Below, piece after piece: positions 39,601 through 50,600 of a DNA stretch of 64,000 bases. Source of the stretch: Alphaproteobacteria bacterium (GTDB lineage Bacteria > Pseudomonadota > Alphaproteobacteria > MPNO01); assembly GCA_964291675.2 (NCBI GenBank), contig OZ219866.1:1568001-1632000 (forward strand), given 5' to 3'. Both the position numbers and the translations under genes were made by a program. The notes under the pieces were generated by a model. It did not search any database. It was not told where the DNA came from and saw only the letters and a program-made list of their open reading frames with translations. How positions within the stretch are numbered: the stretch's first letter is position 1; each line of letters starts with the position of its first letter.

Positions 39601-40744
39601 GCTCCAGCCGCCCGATCTCCGGGTTGCGGCGAAGCCGCTCGATGGCGGTCCTCAACGCTTCGGCGCCGATTAGTCCCGCCGACGCGTTCGCCGCCGCCTC
39701 CACCATGTCCGGGCGCCGGAAGACGGCCTCCTGCCGGGCCAGGTGGGCGGGCAGATCGTCAAGGCGGGCGGTCAGGTCGCGGATCGCCTCCTGGGTGATC
39801 TTCGCGTCATGGCCGGTCACCGACGCGATCAGCGCCTCGCGCTCGGCAAACCTCTCGGCCTCGTCCTTCCAGCGCTGGTGGCGAATGTCGGGGTCGTTAT
39901 CGTGCGACTTCCCGGCGCGCGTGATCTTGTTGACGCCGGCCATGCGCGAGGCGTTGCCCAATGACGGGATGCCCAGCTCTCCGGCCTTGGCCACGATCGC
40001 CTTGCGCCGCTTCGACCAGAAGGCCTGCAAATCCTCCGGCATGCCCTCGATACGGGTGAGCCCGCCATCGGGACCGTATTGCTCCATGCGGATACCCAGT
40101 CGCTCGCGGAGGTTCCAGGCGAGCGCGTTGCGGTAGACCGCGCCCGCGGCCTTGGCCCAGCTGTAGACCGGGTACTGGTGCATGGCCCGCCACTTGCCGT
40201 CCTCGCGGGTCCTCGCGGCATTGAAGATCACGCAGTGGGTATGGAGCTGCGGGTCGTTCTCCCGGCTGGTGCCGTGCTGGAACATCGCCACCGCGATATC
40301 GGCCGGCAGGACCCGGATCCGCCCCTCCCGGTCCCGGATCCGGGTCCAGGCGCAGTAGCGGAACACCGTCTCTTGCAGGGCCGCCCGCGCGGCGTCGTTG
40401 TGCGCCTGCTCGATCCGGGACCGCAGCTCGGGATCGGCGACGGCCCAGAACGCGGACACGCTCTTGTCGGCCGAGAAGGTCATGTCCACGCCCGGCGAGC
40501 GGTTCTCGCTGCCCGCGTTCCTGGTGAGCCTGGCCGACCCGTCCGGCGCGAAGCCGTGGTAGAGCCGGTGGAAGTCGCCGGAATCCACCCTGCCGCCGTT
40601 CTCGAGGCCGAGCAGGCCCCTGGGGTTGAACCACACCCCGTCCGGCTCCTCGCCAGCCGTGTAGTACTCGTTGGGATGGCGGAACGAGCGCTGGCTCTCC
40701 AGGTAGTAGGCGGCAGACGCCGCCTGGGCGAGGGTGGCTACCAT
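36680..40744 (-). CDS. traA: MobF (TrwC/TraA-type) relaxase-helicase
   Basis: AAYY, EYY, DMTFSADKSVS, HGTSRENDPQLHTH, GAAGSGKTT, VVDEAGM, QGLTVD. Confidence 0.92.
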   Translation of the reverse strand: MVATLAQAASAAYYLESQRSFRHPNEYYTAGEEPDGVWFNPRGLLGLENGGRVDSGDFHRLYHGFAPDGSARLTRNAGSENRSPGVDMTFSADKSVSAFWAVADPELRSRIEQAHNDAARAALQETVFRYCAWTRIRDREGRIRVLPADIAVAMFQHGTSRENDPQLHTHCVIFNAARTREDGKWRAMHQYPVYSWAKAAGAVYRNALAWNLRERLGIRMEQYGPDGGLTRIEGMPEDLQAFWSKRRKAIVAKAGELGIPSLGNASRMAGVNKITRAGKSHDNDPDIRHQRWKDEAERFAEREALIASVTGHDAKITQEAIRDLTARLDDLPAHLARQEAVFRRPDMVEAAANASAGLIGAEALRTAIERLRRNPEIGRLEPKKPTAESRAGMAHTEVYSTRHNLGLEQAVKDMTAAMAADTDHGLPEEAVKEKVETLLEEGYPLSQEQSLAIRHATVRAGRVAVIEGAAGSGKTTTLRPITDLHREHGYEIVPTAVAWRTAVALGDDCDARAFCVDKLLKLAAKGQVEIGRNTLIVVDEAGMLSTRQAHHILQLSERHGAKVVFAGDTRQQQPVEAGPGLRLIRDVAGSIRVDRIRRQKADLEDVLVHVHGETPEQAQFQAALTPPRERNAIMADYEAMERKPVFTPWQVDVSEALRDGEAEKAIEAWRIRGRLHLCHDEEKTLTRLVDDWEWHVKDDPGSSTVVLARTKAEGRALSWLMRERVLARTPEAKRAVIEVSRDLDGRLTEPLEIAVGDRIRIGATQWEKQLFNGTVVTVEDLEVRRGEGAAVSRKARNRLAGGRPGRAPEADMGGAESELSVLITARTDDGRRVAFRHDEIRDWHDNIRLDYGYAMTVASAQGLTVDRAFLLADDRPARETIYPAATRHREALDVYVNRSPLAFDIAEHRTEDQADMPVTDSDVRAYLAERWSRSQPKEAALDYVTDGAWRDAGEAARAGIGNGGSRSNGRPHDGPGMGRREAAEAHAAANDNALARISQDIRHAVNGWRHGAAVDAFAAERGEVMAAWDALRARVRDEGEAVALSPAFRETLDRHGALMKQAASFTARPRTFERLLSERAGIGDGELRELREVHARAGSYLRSAAARAAHARQNTEGASEQARRDAEPAPEPARQTASAAETVPPDPPAAQTRRDTGNKTAPVRPAAPEPPRSEAPGPDLSYAAYRQLRRDWRAHLLRAGRQDEHRFELDGAGALVERFAAFTGSEALAAETRARLGEIVGQYRAHAAARDRVRGFLRDADRHWLRYRAISLRARNLDIPRQEQRSWPIWLERNERLLREGRAILDDPATYGAHIDRIEDGRERLGTEVSRMERFSSAYRTQSRSRDRGRSQRL

Positions 40745-40759
40745 CGTGCGGTGTCCGCA

Positions 40760-41110
40760 CTTGGAAGATACGCGGCGATCGTAATCGTGCCTGGCGTCCG
40801 GACCGCGAGAATGAATGAGGGAATCCTCATGGGTATCAGCACGTTACACAATAGATCAAAGGCTCGGTCAGTTGTCGACTCTAGCACCGGCCATGCCTCT
40901 CGACCCTCGGCACTTTAGTGCATAGATGTGAAAGCGTCGCTTCTTCATTCTCCTTCATCGGGGGCGATGATATCATGTCTGACGGGGATTCCAAGGCGAT
41001 ATCGCGGTGAGCGATCCACGCATCGGGCGCCAGACGAGGACGGTACGGGCTCGTCGCTGACGGTGTGGGGTCGCGGGGCGAGGCTGTGGAACCTCTTGAT
41101 ATCGCAACGG
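40760..41110. promoter_or_regulatory. Probable oriT / divergent promoter region
   Basis: Lower-GC intergenic segment between the relaxase and a divergent small gene; nic site not identified. Confidence 0.4.
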
Positions 41111-41127
41111 GATTGGGAAGGAGGATC

Positions 41128-41433
41128 ATGATGGCACGGCGCTACAACGAGTGGGACATCGATTTCGACGCCATAGATGCCGATCTGGCGAAGCTGGCGC
41201 CTCCGACACTCAGCCTTAAAAACGTGCTCGATCGGCTGCGCGGCCGGCTGCTGGAGCAACAGGCCAAGGGGGTGACGGTGGCGCAGATGCACGAAGTGCT
41301 AACGGCACGGGGCATCCAGATGGGCGAGCGGAGCCTCAAGGTGTTTTTGGAGAAGGGGGAGCTGCCAGGGCGCAGGGCGAAGTCGGTTGCGGCGCAGGCG
41401 GCGGGGACGGAACCAGGGAAGGATCCGTTCTAG
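41128..41433 (+). CDS. Small mobilisation accessory protein (MobC/StbA-like)
   Basis: GGAGG RBS; divergent from traA; helical basic protein. Confidence 0.55.
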   Translation: MMARRYNEWDIDFDAIDADLAKLAPPTLSLKNVLDRLRGRLLEQQAKGVTVAQMHEVLTARGIQMGERSLKVFLEKGELPGRRAKSVAAQAAGTEPGKDPF

Positions 41434-41733
41434 CACTTCAGCGATAGAGAAAGTGCCGGGCGGCAATGGCGGAAGCGCCGGACGCATGGCTTGGCACGAC
41501 AGGGAAGTCGTGCGAAGGACCGGGAGCAAGCGACGGGCGCGATGCGGATCGGGTTCGAGGTGGCGGATGATGCCATTCGCAGAATGGCGAGCCGTGACTC
41601 GATGCCGGATACGGCTGCGGTGGGCGGGATGAAGCGAGCGTCCGGGGGTGTGCTGGCTGGAGCGGAAGGCGGAAGCGAAAGCGCCGATGGCGCGTGAGCG
41701 CCGAGCCGCGAAGCGCTGCTCTGGCACCTCAGC

Positions 41734-41769
41734 AAAAAAAACCGGTTCCTCGCCGAAGCGAGGAACCGG
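41734..41769 (-). terminator. Rho-independent terminator
   Basis: CCGGTTCCTCGC-TTCG-GCGAGGAACCGG followed by T8 on the minus strand. Confidence 0.85.
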
Positions 41770-41795
41770 CCCGGGCGGACGGGGAAGCGCCGCCG

Positions 41796-42713
41796 TTACG
41801 CCGGGATGTTCATAACGGGTATGCCGAGCTGGCGAGCTTTATCGACGAGGTTCCCGGTGATGCCGCTACCGGGGAACGCGATGACGCCCTTGGGCAGCAG
41901 GTTGAGAAGCTCGTCGTTCCTGCGGAAGGGAGCGGCCTTGCCGTGAGCCTGCCAATCCGGGCGGCAGATCACCTGGTTGATGCCGCGCGCCTCGGCCCAG
42001 CTCGCGGCGATCTTCTCGACGCCCGGTCCGCCGCCGTGCAGCAGAACCATGTCGCCGTGCTTCGCCTTGGCCAGGTCGAGGGTGCTCCAGACCGCGTCCG
42101 CGTCGGCGACGTTCTTCCCGCCGGCGATCGCCACCAGTGTGCCGTCCGGCAGGTGCGCGCGGGTCTCGCGGTCCTTGCGGGCGCGGCGGAAGTCGCGGGC
42201 GTCGATGGCGGCCGAGGTGAGCTGGCCGGACCGGCTCGTGTGCGAACCGTGGCGTGGGCGCCACACGTCTCCGGTGTGGACGCGGTAGGCTTCGGCGGCA
42301 TGATCGCGCAGCGCCTCGAAGGCGTCGCGCCGGTCGCCCAGGTTGCGCGCCCGGTCCGTCAAGGTCTCGAGCTCGTGCGCCTTCACCTCGGTGCCGTCCT
42401 GGGCGCGCTCCAGGTCGCGCATCTCCGGGACGATGCGGTCGACGGTCCGGTCGAGGCGGGCGATCTGGGAATGGAAGCAGTTGACCAAGCCCCACAGCAG
42501 GGCCTCGCGCTCGTCGGCGAGCTGGGTCCCCTCGACGGTGATGCCGTCGACGATGACGCGGATCGCCTCGGACAAGGCGTCGATGGCGTCGTCGCGGTCC
42601 CAGACGTCGCGGCTGTCGAGCTCGCCGCGCTCCGGCGCCGCGCCGTAGAGGGCCATGCTCTCGCAGACGGCGGCGGTCGGGGAAGCGGTGGGGGTTGCGT
42701 TGGCGGCGGTCAT
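41796..42713 (-). CDS. DUF2493 (YspA/SLOG-like) domain protein
   Basis: VAIAGG, LLHGG..G.E.IAASWA, PDWQAHGKAAPFRRND, IAFPGSGITGNLVDKA. Confidence 0.85.
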   Translation of the reverse strand: MTAANATPTASPTAAVCESMALYGAAPERGELDSRDVWDRDDAIDALSEAIRVIVDGITVEGTQLADEREALLWGLVNCFHSQIARLDRTVDRIVPEMRDLERAQDGTEVKAHELETLTDRARNLGDRRDAFEALRDHAAEAYRVHTGDVWRPRHGSHTSRSGQLTSAAIDARDFRRARKDRETRAHLPDGTLVAIAGGKNVADADAVWSTLDLAKAKHGDMVLLHGGGPGVEKIAASWAEARGINQVICRPDWQAHGKAAPFRRNDELLNLLPKGVIAFPGSGITGNLVDKARQLGIPVMNIPA

Positions 42714-42817
42714 GACGATCTCCCTGGTTGCGCGGGGCGTGATGCCCCGTCGTGGTGTTTTTCCGCGCGGGCGGCGGCAATGAAGGGCGCGATGCGGGCG
42801 GCGGGAACGGTGCCGGC

Positions 42818-43054
42818 TCACAGGAGGGGATGGGTCTCGACCCAGCGCTCGACGGCCTGGCGCAGCTCGCTACGCTCGGTCACGCGCTTCCAGCCGCGCC
42901 AGTCCTCGACGAGCCAGATCAGGTAGTGGTGCCGGCCCAGCTCAAGGATGTCCTCGTCCTTGAAGATGTCGCCGACGTGCTGGCCGGCCCGGTAGATTCT
43001 CACCTCGTCGGGGGCGGCGAGCTTGAAGGCGAGGTCGGTCGTGTAGCGTCCCAT
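42818..43054 (-). CDS. Hypothetical protein
   Basis: GGGGAG RBS; 78 aa. Confidence 0.65.
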   Translation of the reverse strand: MGRYTTDLAFKLAAPDEVRIYRAGQHVGDIFKDEDILELGRHHYLIWLVEDWRGWKRVTERSELRQAVERWVETHPLL

Positions 43055-43121
43055 CGGCGTGCTCCCCTTCGTTGGTGGCGGGCGGGTTCTCTCTCTTCCT
43101 CCCGCTCATCGCTCACACCGA

Positions 43122-44172
43122 CTATTGCTGTCCTCTCTCTCTCGCGAAGCGGTGGACCGGAGCGAGGCGGGCGGCGATCGCGGCGGCGCCGAGCGTGACC
43201 AGCTCGTCGTTGAAGTCGTTGCCCAAGGGGACGATGACCGTGGCGGCGACGCCCGCTCGCGCGCAGCGTCGGGCGAGGCGTTCCGCCGCGCGCTCGCCTT
43301 TCGGGTCGTTGTCGCGGGCGACGACGAGCTGCGTCACGCCGGGGGGCGGCGCGAACGCGCCGAGGCTGCCGGCCGACAGCGCCGCGGCGGCAACGGTGTC
43401 CGGCATCGCGGTCACGATGGAGAGAACCGTCTCGATCCCCTCGCCCACCAGCAGCGTGGCGGGCGCCGGGTCGCCGAAGCGGACGGCCAGGCCATGGACG
43501 CGGCCCAGCGCCTTGCGCGGGCGCGGCAAGTTCGCCTTGGCCGGTTTCCGAGGATCCAGCCACGTCCGATGCACGCCCGCGATGGTGCCGTCGGCGCCCG
43601 TCACGGCGGCGACCAGCGCGGGGAGGCGGCGCACGCCGCCTTCGTCGCGATGCAAGAGTGCGGGATGGAAGCGGAGCGCGGGGAAGCGACAACGGTGGAT
43701 CGCCCTGGCGCGCAGATAGGTTTCGGCATGGGTGCCGTCGATGGCGCGGCAGCGTTGCCACAGGCGGCGCGCCGCCTCCGTGCGGTCGTAGCCGTCGGGG
43801 TGGGAGAGGGAAGGGCTGGGGGGCGTGGAGAGAAACGCGCGCGCCTCGGCCAGGGCGGCGCGCAGCGAGCCCGCGCCGGAGGCGACGCGGACGAGATCGA
43901 GCAGATCGCCGTGCTCTCCGGTGCTCGCGTCGGTCCACTTCCCCGGCGTGCCGGGCGGGGCCAGGCGGACGAACAGGGAGCGCCCGCGGGCGCCGCGGAT
44001 GTCGCCGGCGACCCAGTAACGACCGCTCCGGCGGCCGCGGGGGAGGTATCTCCGGCAGACCTCCTCGGCGCGCTTGCCCAGCGCGGCGGCGACGCGGGCG
44101 GCGTTCACGGCGCGCACCGCGCGAGCGAGAGCGGGCCGGCGGAGCCAGGACCGAGGGCGGGGATGGGACGCA
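43122..44172 (-). CDS. Toprim-domain primase-like protein of alphaproteobacterial ICEs/plasmids
   Basis: GKWTD..TGEHGDLLDL, HRTWL, VGEGIETVLS, VARDND; start uncertain. Confidence 0.85.
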
Positions 44173-44388
44173 TGGCCAGACCTCTCTCCGGATGTTGCGA
44201 GGGACGCGCCCCGGTCCCGGCCGACGCCCGGCCTCCCGCCGGCGCAGCGACGGCGGGCGATGTGCGAAGCGCGAGCCCCGCCGCCCGGCCGGGGAGGACT
44301 CCGGGCCGGCTGCATGAAGAAAGGGGCCGGAGCCGCGCAGGGAGAAACGCGGCTCCGGCCCCACTGGGCGCGGGAGGGAGAAGGCCCG

Positions 44389-44832
44389 CTAGAAGGGTAT
44401 CTCGGCACCCGTCTGGGACGGCTCGGCGGCGGGCGCGGCGGCCTCACCGGTCGACGCCGGGGCGCCGTTGCCGTTGGCCGGCTTGTCGAGGAATTGCACC
44501 CTGCCGCCGGGAACCAGCAGGATCTCGGTCGAGAAGCGGTCCGAGTCCTCGCCGTCCTTGCGCCAGCGCCGGGTCTGCAGCTTGCCCGCGACGTAGACGA
44601 GGCGGCCCTTCTTCGCGTGCTTCTCCAGCATGTCGATGAGACCGTTCTGGAAGGTCACGACGCGGTGCCACTCGGTCCGGTCGATGCGATCGCCCCCAGC
44701 GTTCTTGTCCAGATAGCTCTCGTCGGTCGCCACCGACATGTTGGCCACGCGCCCGCCGGACGCCAGATGGTTCACGGTCACATCGTCGCCCAGGCGGCCG
44801 ATGATCTGCGCGGAGTTGAGTCCAAACGCCAT
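44389..44832 (-). CDS. ssb: Single-stranded DNA-binding protein
   Basis: IIGRLG, TEWHRVV, KGRLVYVAGKLQTRRW, C-terminal EIPF. Confidence 0.95.
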   Translation of the reverse strand: MAFGLNSAQIIGRLGDDVTVNHLASGGRVANMSVATDESYLDKNAGGDRIDRTEWHRVVTFQNGLIDMLEKHAKKGRLVYVAGKLQTRRWRKDGEDSDRFSTEILLVPGGRVQFLDKPANGNGAPASTGEAAAPAAEPSQTGAEIPF

Positions 44833-45198
44833 TGTGCGTCTCCTTGAGTTTCCGGTTGATGACGAAGGTTGCCGAACGGGCCGGTTCGCTCTCGATCCCC
44901 TTCCCGTTCACCCCTCTGAAAGCTCCTCCCGACCTCTCGCCTGCCGTCCGCCCCGGCGCCGGCCGATTAGCCGCCGGCCTCGCAGACCGCACCGGACGGC
45001 GGAAGCGGCGCGGGGCACGGCCCTGGCGCCGATGGCGGGAGCGCGGCGGCGCTGACGGAGACGACGGGTGCTGGCGGGACGGCGCCGGCGCGGCGCGAGG
45101 CGCCCGGCGTGGAAGCCGGGTCGGCGCCGGCTCTCGCACGGTGGGCGGAGTGGGGCCCCAAGAGTCTTGAGAGGCACGGCCTTGGGGTTGCGGAAGGG

Positions 45199-46014
45199 CT
45201 ACGGCACGCCGGTGAGCGATGGGGCCAGCAGCGGCACGTTGGAGAGGATTTCCACCTGGTCGATGCGGAGACCGAGGAAGGCGAGGCAGGCCGCCGTCTC
45301 GGCTTCCGTGTCATAGGTGCCGTGGTCGATCCCCGTCTCCAGCTCGATCACGCTGTAGAACGGGGGGCCCGGCTGCGCGGCCTGCCAGGCGGGGGCGCGG
45401 GTGTTGGAACGCTCCGCGCAGGCGGGGCAGCGGGCGGAACCAGCCGTGCCGGCCCCGCAATCCACGCATTGCCGCCTCGCCCTTCGCCGGGCGTATCGTT
45501 TGCGATCGGCGGCTCTCTTGCGCTCGGGCGAGACCCGTTCCGCCTCCAGCGCGGCGTGCCGGGCGCAGCGCGACGAGCCGCCGGTCGCGGGCTCTCCGCA
45601 ACGCACGCAGACGCGGGCGGCGCGGCGTGCCGCATAGCGCCGGCGATCGAGCGCGCGCCGCGCCTCGGCGCAGGCCTCGCAGACCGAACGGCCGTCCTCG
45701 GGCGGGTTGCGGCCGCAATTCGTGCAGAGCCCCGCTTCGCGCCGCGCGCGGCGGCGTCGCCTGTCGCCGGCGCGGTCGGCGCGGCGACACTTGACCGAAT
45801 CGCGGCCGGCGTATGGCTTGCCCAGGGCTCGCGTCCGGGCGCGGCGGGCCTTGTCCGCGGCGCGGCGCTTCTCGCCGCAGCTCGCGCAGACCTTCAGGCC
45901 GGGCTCGGGTGCGGCTTTGGCGCACCGCGTGCATATCAGATTCTTGAGACGCTCGGCGTGCCGTCGGCGCAGGCGGGTATTGGCGCTTTCCCGCGCGGAG
46001 CCGCTGCCAGGCAT
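45199..46014 (-). CDS. Arg/Cys-rich tandem zinc-finger-like repeat protein
   Basis: Four CxxC..CxxC/H units separated by Arg-rich helices. Confidence 0.7.
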   Translation of the reverse strand: MPGSGSARESANTRLRRRHAERLKNLICTRCAKAAPEPGLKVCASCGEKRRAADKARRARTRALGKPYAGRDSVKCRRADRAGDRRRRRARREAGLCTNCGRNPPEDGRSVCEACAEARRALDRRRYAARRAARVCVRCGEPATGGSSRCARHAALEAERVSPERKRAADRKRYARRRARRQCVDCGAGTAGSARCPACAERSNTRAPAWQAAQPGPPFYSVIELETGIDHGTYDTEAETAACLAFLGLRIDQVEILSNVPLLAPSLTGVP

Positions 46015-46029
46015 GACCGGAACCCCCGA

Positions 46030-46383
46030 TCAGCGCGCGAAACGCATGGCATCGAGGCCGCTCGCGCGCAAACCCCAGATTTGTACCCCAGAGGCCTTGA
46101 GATCGAGGGCGGTGCAGACGACGATTTCGTCGCGCTCGGGGCGGATCTTCCTGACATCGCCCGCGCTGACGATGGTGCGTTTCGGCTTGCGTCCGCCCCT
46201 TTTCGCCTTCGGCTGCTCGGGTTCGACCGGGTCGATTTGCCCGTCGGGCCGGGAGCGGAAACGCTCGACCACGTAGCGCTCCCCGTCGAGCCCCCGCCCG
46301 AATACGTGGATCAAGAACGTGTGCGCGTTGCGACGCGATGGTCGGCGGATCCGCACGGCTTGCCTCCCCTTCCTGTGCGATGG
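46030..46383 (-). CDS. Hypothetical protein (paralog fragment at 30852)
   Basis: TFLIHVFGRGLDGERYVVERF...EIVVCT; start uncertain. Confidence 0.55.
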   Translation of the reverse strand, partial: PSHRKGRQAVRIRRPSRRNAHTFLIHVFGRGLDGERYVVERFRSRPDGQIDPVEPEQPKAKRGGRKPKRTIVSAGDVRKIRPERDEIVVCTALDLKASGVQIWGLRASGLDAMRFAR

Positions 46384-46716
46384 CGAAGGCCGGGACCTCT
46401 CTCCTCGGCGCCGCCCGGCCGCCCCGCTCCCGGCCGACCGCCCGCTCCCGCCGGCGCCGGGACGGAACCGCGGCGCAGAGAACGGGTTGGGGCGGATCAC
46501 GGACCGGCGGGCGCCGGTGGGACGCCCCGGGCCGATGGGCAGGGGAAAGCGAAGGGATCGCGGGCGCCGCACTGGCGACGGACTGCGCGGCCGGCTGGCA
46601 TGGAACCATTGCCGAGCCTTCGCCGTTCGGCGGGAGCGGACATTGCAGTAGCCTTGCGATGCCTATCGCGGCACAGTCGGTAAGCGGGTGACCGGTTCAG
46701 TGGGGGGAGAAGGCTC

Positions 46717-46980
46717 ATGAGAGCGCTCTTGGCGGCCCTGGTATTGGGCCTCGTCGCGGCGACGCATGCGCTCGCGGCCGAGAAGCTGCGTATCGCCACG
46801 ACCGGAGACTATCCGCCGTTCAACCATGTCTACGCTGCCGGCGAGATCGCGGGCTTCGACATCGCGCTCGCGCTCTGCGCACAGATCGGTGCCGAGTGCG
46901 AGATCGTGCTGGAGAAATGGGAGCGGCTGATCCCGGAGTTGCGCACCGGCAGCTTCGACGCCATCGCCGCCAGCATGCCG
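46717..46980 (+). pseudogene. Amino-acid ABC transporter substrate-binding protein fragment
   Basis: LRIATTGDYPPFN...GFDIALALC...WERLIPEL..G.FDAI.ASM, then truncated. Confidence 0.8.
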
Positions 46981-47050
46981 ATCCCGTCCGAAGCCCGTAT
47001 GCGATGAACAGCATCAGGATCGCCGGATCGCGCTTGTCGATGCCCCCGTC
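46980..47050 (-). pseudogene. Tyrosine recombinase fragment
   Basis: KRDPAILMLFIAYGLRTG. Confidence 0.55.
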
Positions 47051-47656
47051 GCCCGTAACAGACGCCACCAGCCCACGACATCCTCGCGCGGCAGCCCCTT
47101 GCTGTGTGATGCGGGAGGCCGGGGGCGCGCTCCGCGCCGCTGCCCGGCTGCCCCCTCCCGGCCACGCCCCGGCTCACCGTTGCGCGCGGGCGGAGGGCCG
47201 GATGACCGGTCGCGCCTCCTGGCCGGAGATCCGCGGGGGACATGTCGCCCCACCTCGCACGCGGGCACGCTACAGGCTCACGCACGGTTGACCAAGAATT
47301 AAACCCAATTCCGCCGTGGAATCGTTGCCTTTGGTCCAACCGGCGGGAGCACCGGATCGACGATGACACCGTATAGGAAGAGTTCGATTGCCTGGCGGAA
47401 GTCGTCGTCCGGTTCCTTGATCTCAAGGTTCTTCTTCCTGGAGCAGTCCGGCCCCGGAATCATGACGCTATGCTCTGGCCGGGGGAGGATCGGGCTCCAT
47501 CGAGTGTTGGATGAGTACGGGCGACGTGGCAGATTTCTATTCGGACGGGTAGCTATATACCCGAGCCCATTCCGCTTCGTTGCCTGATCGCCCACGGTCT
47601 GCCGCCAAAACGTCCCGGACATGCGTATTCACGCAGGAAGGCATGCGCTTAATGAA

Positions 47657-50600
47657 ATGTTCGAGATAACCAAGGACCAACTCTGTCAGTTGAGCGATGT
47701 CCATTTGCGGGAACTTGTCGCCCGCTTGTGCGAAGCCGAGCTGCGCGCGGCAGGTGCTCCGGTCAGCGCCGTCAAATGGGCCGGCGCGCACACGGCGCCG
47801 GATGGCGGCCTGGATGTGGAGTGCCGTGTCGATGAGCAGGATTTTCGCGGTGATTTCGTACCCCGTCCTAGAACGGGTTATCAGGTCAAGAAGTCGAAAA
47901 TGCCTCCGGCGAAGATTGCGAGGGAGATGTCTCCCAAGGGGCGACTCCGGCCCATGTTCGCGGATCTTGCCGCCAGCAACGGCTGTTACGTCATCGTCAG
48001 CCTCGGAGACGACCCTGCTGGCGATGCAGCAACCCGGCGACAGAAGGCAATCCGGGAGCAGATCGCCAAGGTCCCCAATCCGGGCAATCTGCAAACCGGC
48101 TTCTATGGCCGCGCCGAGCTCGCAAACTGGCTTCGCCAACATCCGGGCGTGCAGTTGTGGGTACGTGACATACTCGGTATGCCGCTCGACGGCTGGAAGC
48201 CGTTCGGCAGGTGGACCAATGTACCGCCAAGCGACAATGACGAACTGATCTGTAGAGCGGGCGTTTCCATCGTCCTGCCTGGAGAGCACACCGAAAAGCT
48301 CGATATTCTCCAGGGAATAGGGAAAATCCGGGACCTGGTAGGAACCTCGGAAAAGGCGTTGCGCATTGTGGGCCTTTCCGGGGTCGGAAAATCGCGAATC
48401 GTGCAGGCGTTGTTCGAGGACTCGGTTGGAGACCGTCCTCTTCATCGAAGCCTCGCCATCTACGCCGATCTTGGCACGGCGCCGGTACCTTCTCCGCGCC
48501 AGATGCTGGCCCGTCTAAAGGCGGAAAGCCGGTCCGCCATCCTGGTTCTCGACAACTGCCCCGTCGACACGCACAATCTTCTCGCAAGCGAGGCTTCCGC
48601 CGCACCGGATGTCCGCCTCATCACCATCGAATACGACATCCGGGACGACAAGCCGGAGATCACCACTGTCATACGGATCGACGCCGAAGGCACCGAAATC
48701 GTGGAAGCGCTGTTGCCGAGGCGTTACCCGAGACTTGGCCAAGTCAATTCAAGGAGGATCGCCGAGTTTTCCGGCGGAAACGTCCGTCTCTCGCTGGCAC
48801 TCGCGGATGCCGTCGGCCTTGAAGAAAATCTTTCCAGTTTCTCCAATACCCAGTTGTTCGACAGGCTCTTCCACCAACGGGATGCTCCCGACACGAATCT
48901 TCTAACCGCGGCCCAAACTTTGGCCCTGGTGTATTCGTACTCGATCGGAACCGACGAAGGCGGCGTCGACGAGCTTGCAACGCTCGCTCGATTGGTCGGA
49001 CAGACCAGACTGGAATTGCACCGAGCAACACAAAGCCTCCTCGAACGGCAACTCGCACAGAAAAGGGGCGACTGGCGGGCCATCCTCCCACCGGCGCTGT
49101 CCAACCACCTTGCCGCCAAGGCTCTCGACAATATCCCGACTGACGATATTCGGGTTACGTTCGAGAACCTTCCGAATTGGCGCCTTCTGAAATCCTTCGC
49201 CAAGCGACTCGGTTATCTCCACGATCATGACGTTGCGCTGCGGATCGTTCGATCCTGGTTGTCGCCGGGCGGCCTGCTTCATGCTGTAGAGTCCCTTGAC
49301 GATGACCGGATGCAGCTGTTCTCCAGTATTTCTCCGGTGGCCCCGAGCTTGACGCTCGAAACCATTGAAGCCCGGGCGAGACTGCCCGAGTACGAACGGC
49401 TCGTCGTCGAAACCGGCCATCGCGCCCGGACGATCGCACTTCTCCTTTGCGCAATCGCGTATGACGCAGCGCTCTTCGAACGGTGCGTCAACCTGCTGGT
49501 TCCCTTAGCGGTCGCCACGAGCGATGACAGCCATCCGCAGAGCGATGTACCTGGTCGGCTCTATGATCTGTTTGCACTATATCTCTCGGGTACCGAGGCC
49601 GAGCTCGACACCCGCGAGCGGACAGTGCGCCGCTTTCTGTTTGGTTCCCACGGAACCCAACGAAGGGCCGGGTTGGGGATGCTTGAGGCTGCACTCAAGA
49701 GCGGATACTGGGCATCCTTGGCCGCCACCTTCGAATTCGGAGCCCGCCCGCGCTCCTTAGGATACTTTCCGCAAACACAAGTAGAACGCGAACGATGGTA
49801 CTTGCAGTTCATCGGTATCGCCCGTGAGGCCGCTACCCATGCGGACACCGAGCTTTCCGATAGTGCACGCGAGCTGCTGGCGGGCGAGTTCCGGGAGCTA
49901 TGGCAAATTGCGGCGGTACGGCTCGCGCTCAAGGATGCTGCGGCGGCCATAAACGACCACAGATCCTGGCCAGCGGGATGGCGGGCCATCCGGTCTATCA
50001 AGTTCTTCGACTACCGTGATGTCGACGGTCAAAGCGTGCCGGATGGTATCGAACTTCTGGACGAACTGGATGTTCTCCTTCGACCGACCAGGCTTTCCGA
50101 CGAAGTCAGGACATACGTATGCGGCGAGGGCCATCGTCACTTCTCATTGCTCGACGAATTCGACCTCGAGGATGACACGAGTAGCAAGGAATCGCACCGC
50201 CGTGCGGCCTCACGTGCTCAGGATCTCGGCCTAGCCGTCTGCAACGAGCCTGAAGTCCTCGACGAGATTTCGGGACACCTGTTCACAAGCGAGACAGTCT
50301 TCGTGATGGACTTTGGCGAGGGTTTGGCAACCGCTTGCGGCGATCCGAGGACGCTTTGGGACCAGCTTGTAGGATACTTGGAGCTGGCAGGAGACCAAAC
50401 GACGCATTGCCTTGTGCTGCACGGCTTTCTCCTTGGTGTTTTCAAACGCGACGAGGCCTTGGCGAGAACGATACTCGACGACACGGCATCGAACCGGGTG
50501 CTTCGAAGGTTCATTGTGGGTCTGCACCTCTCGGTCCCGATCTCTCCGGATACGATCGGCATCTTCCTTCGGGCCCTTGAATTCGACGATACGCCACTTG

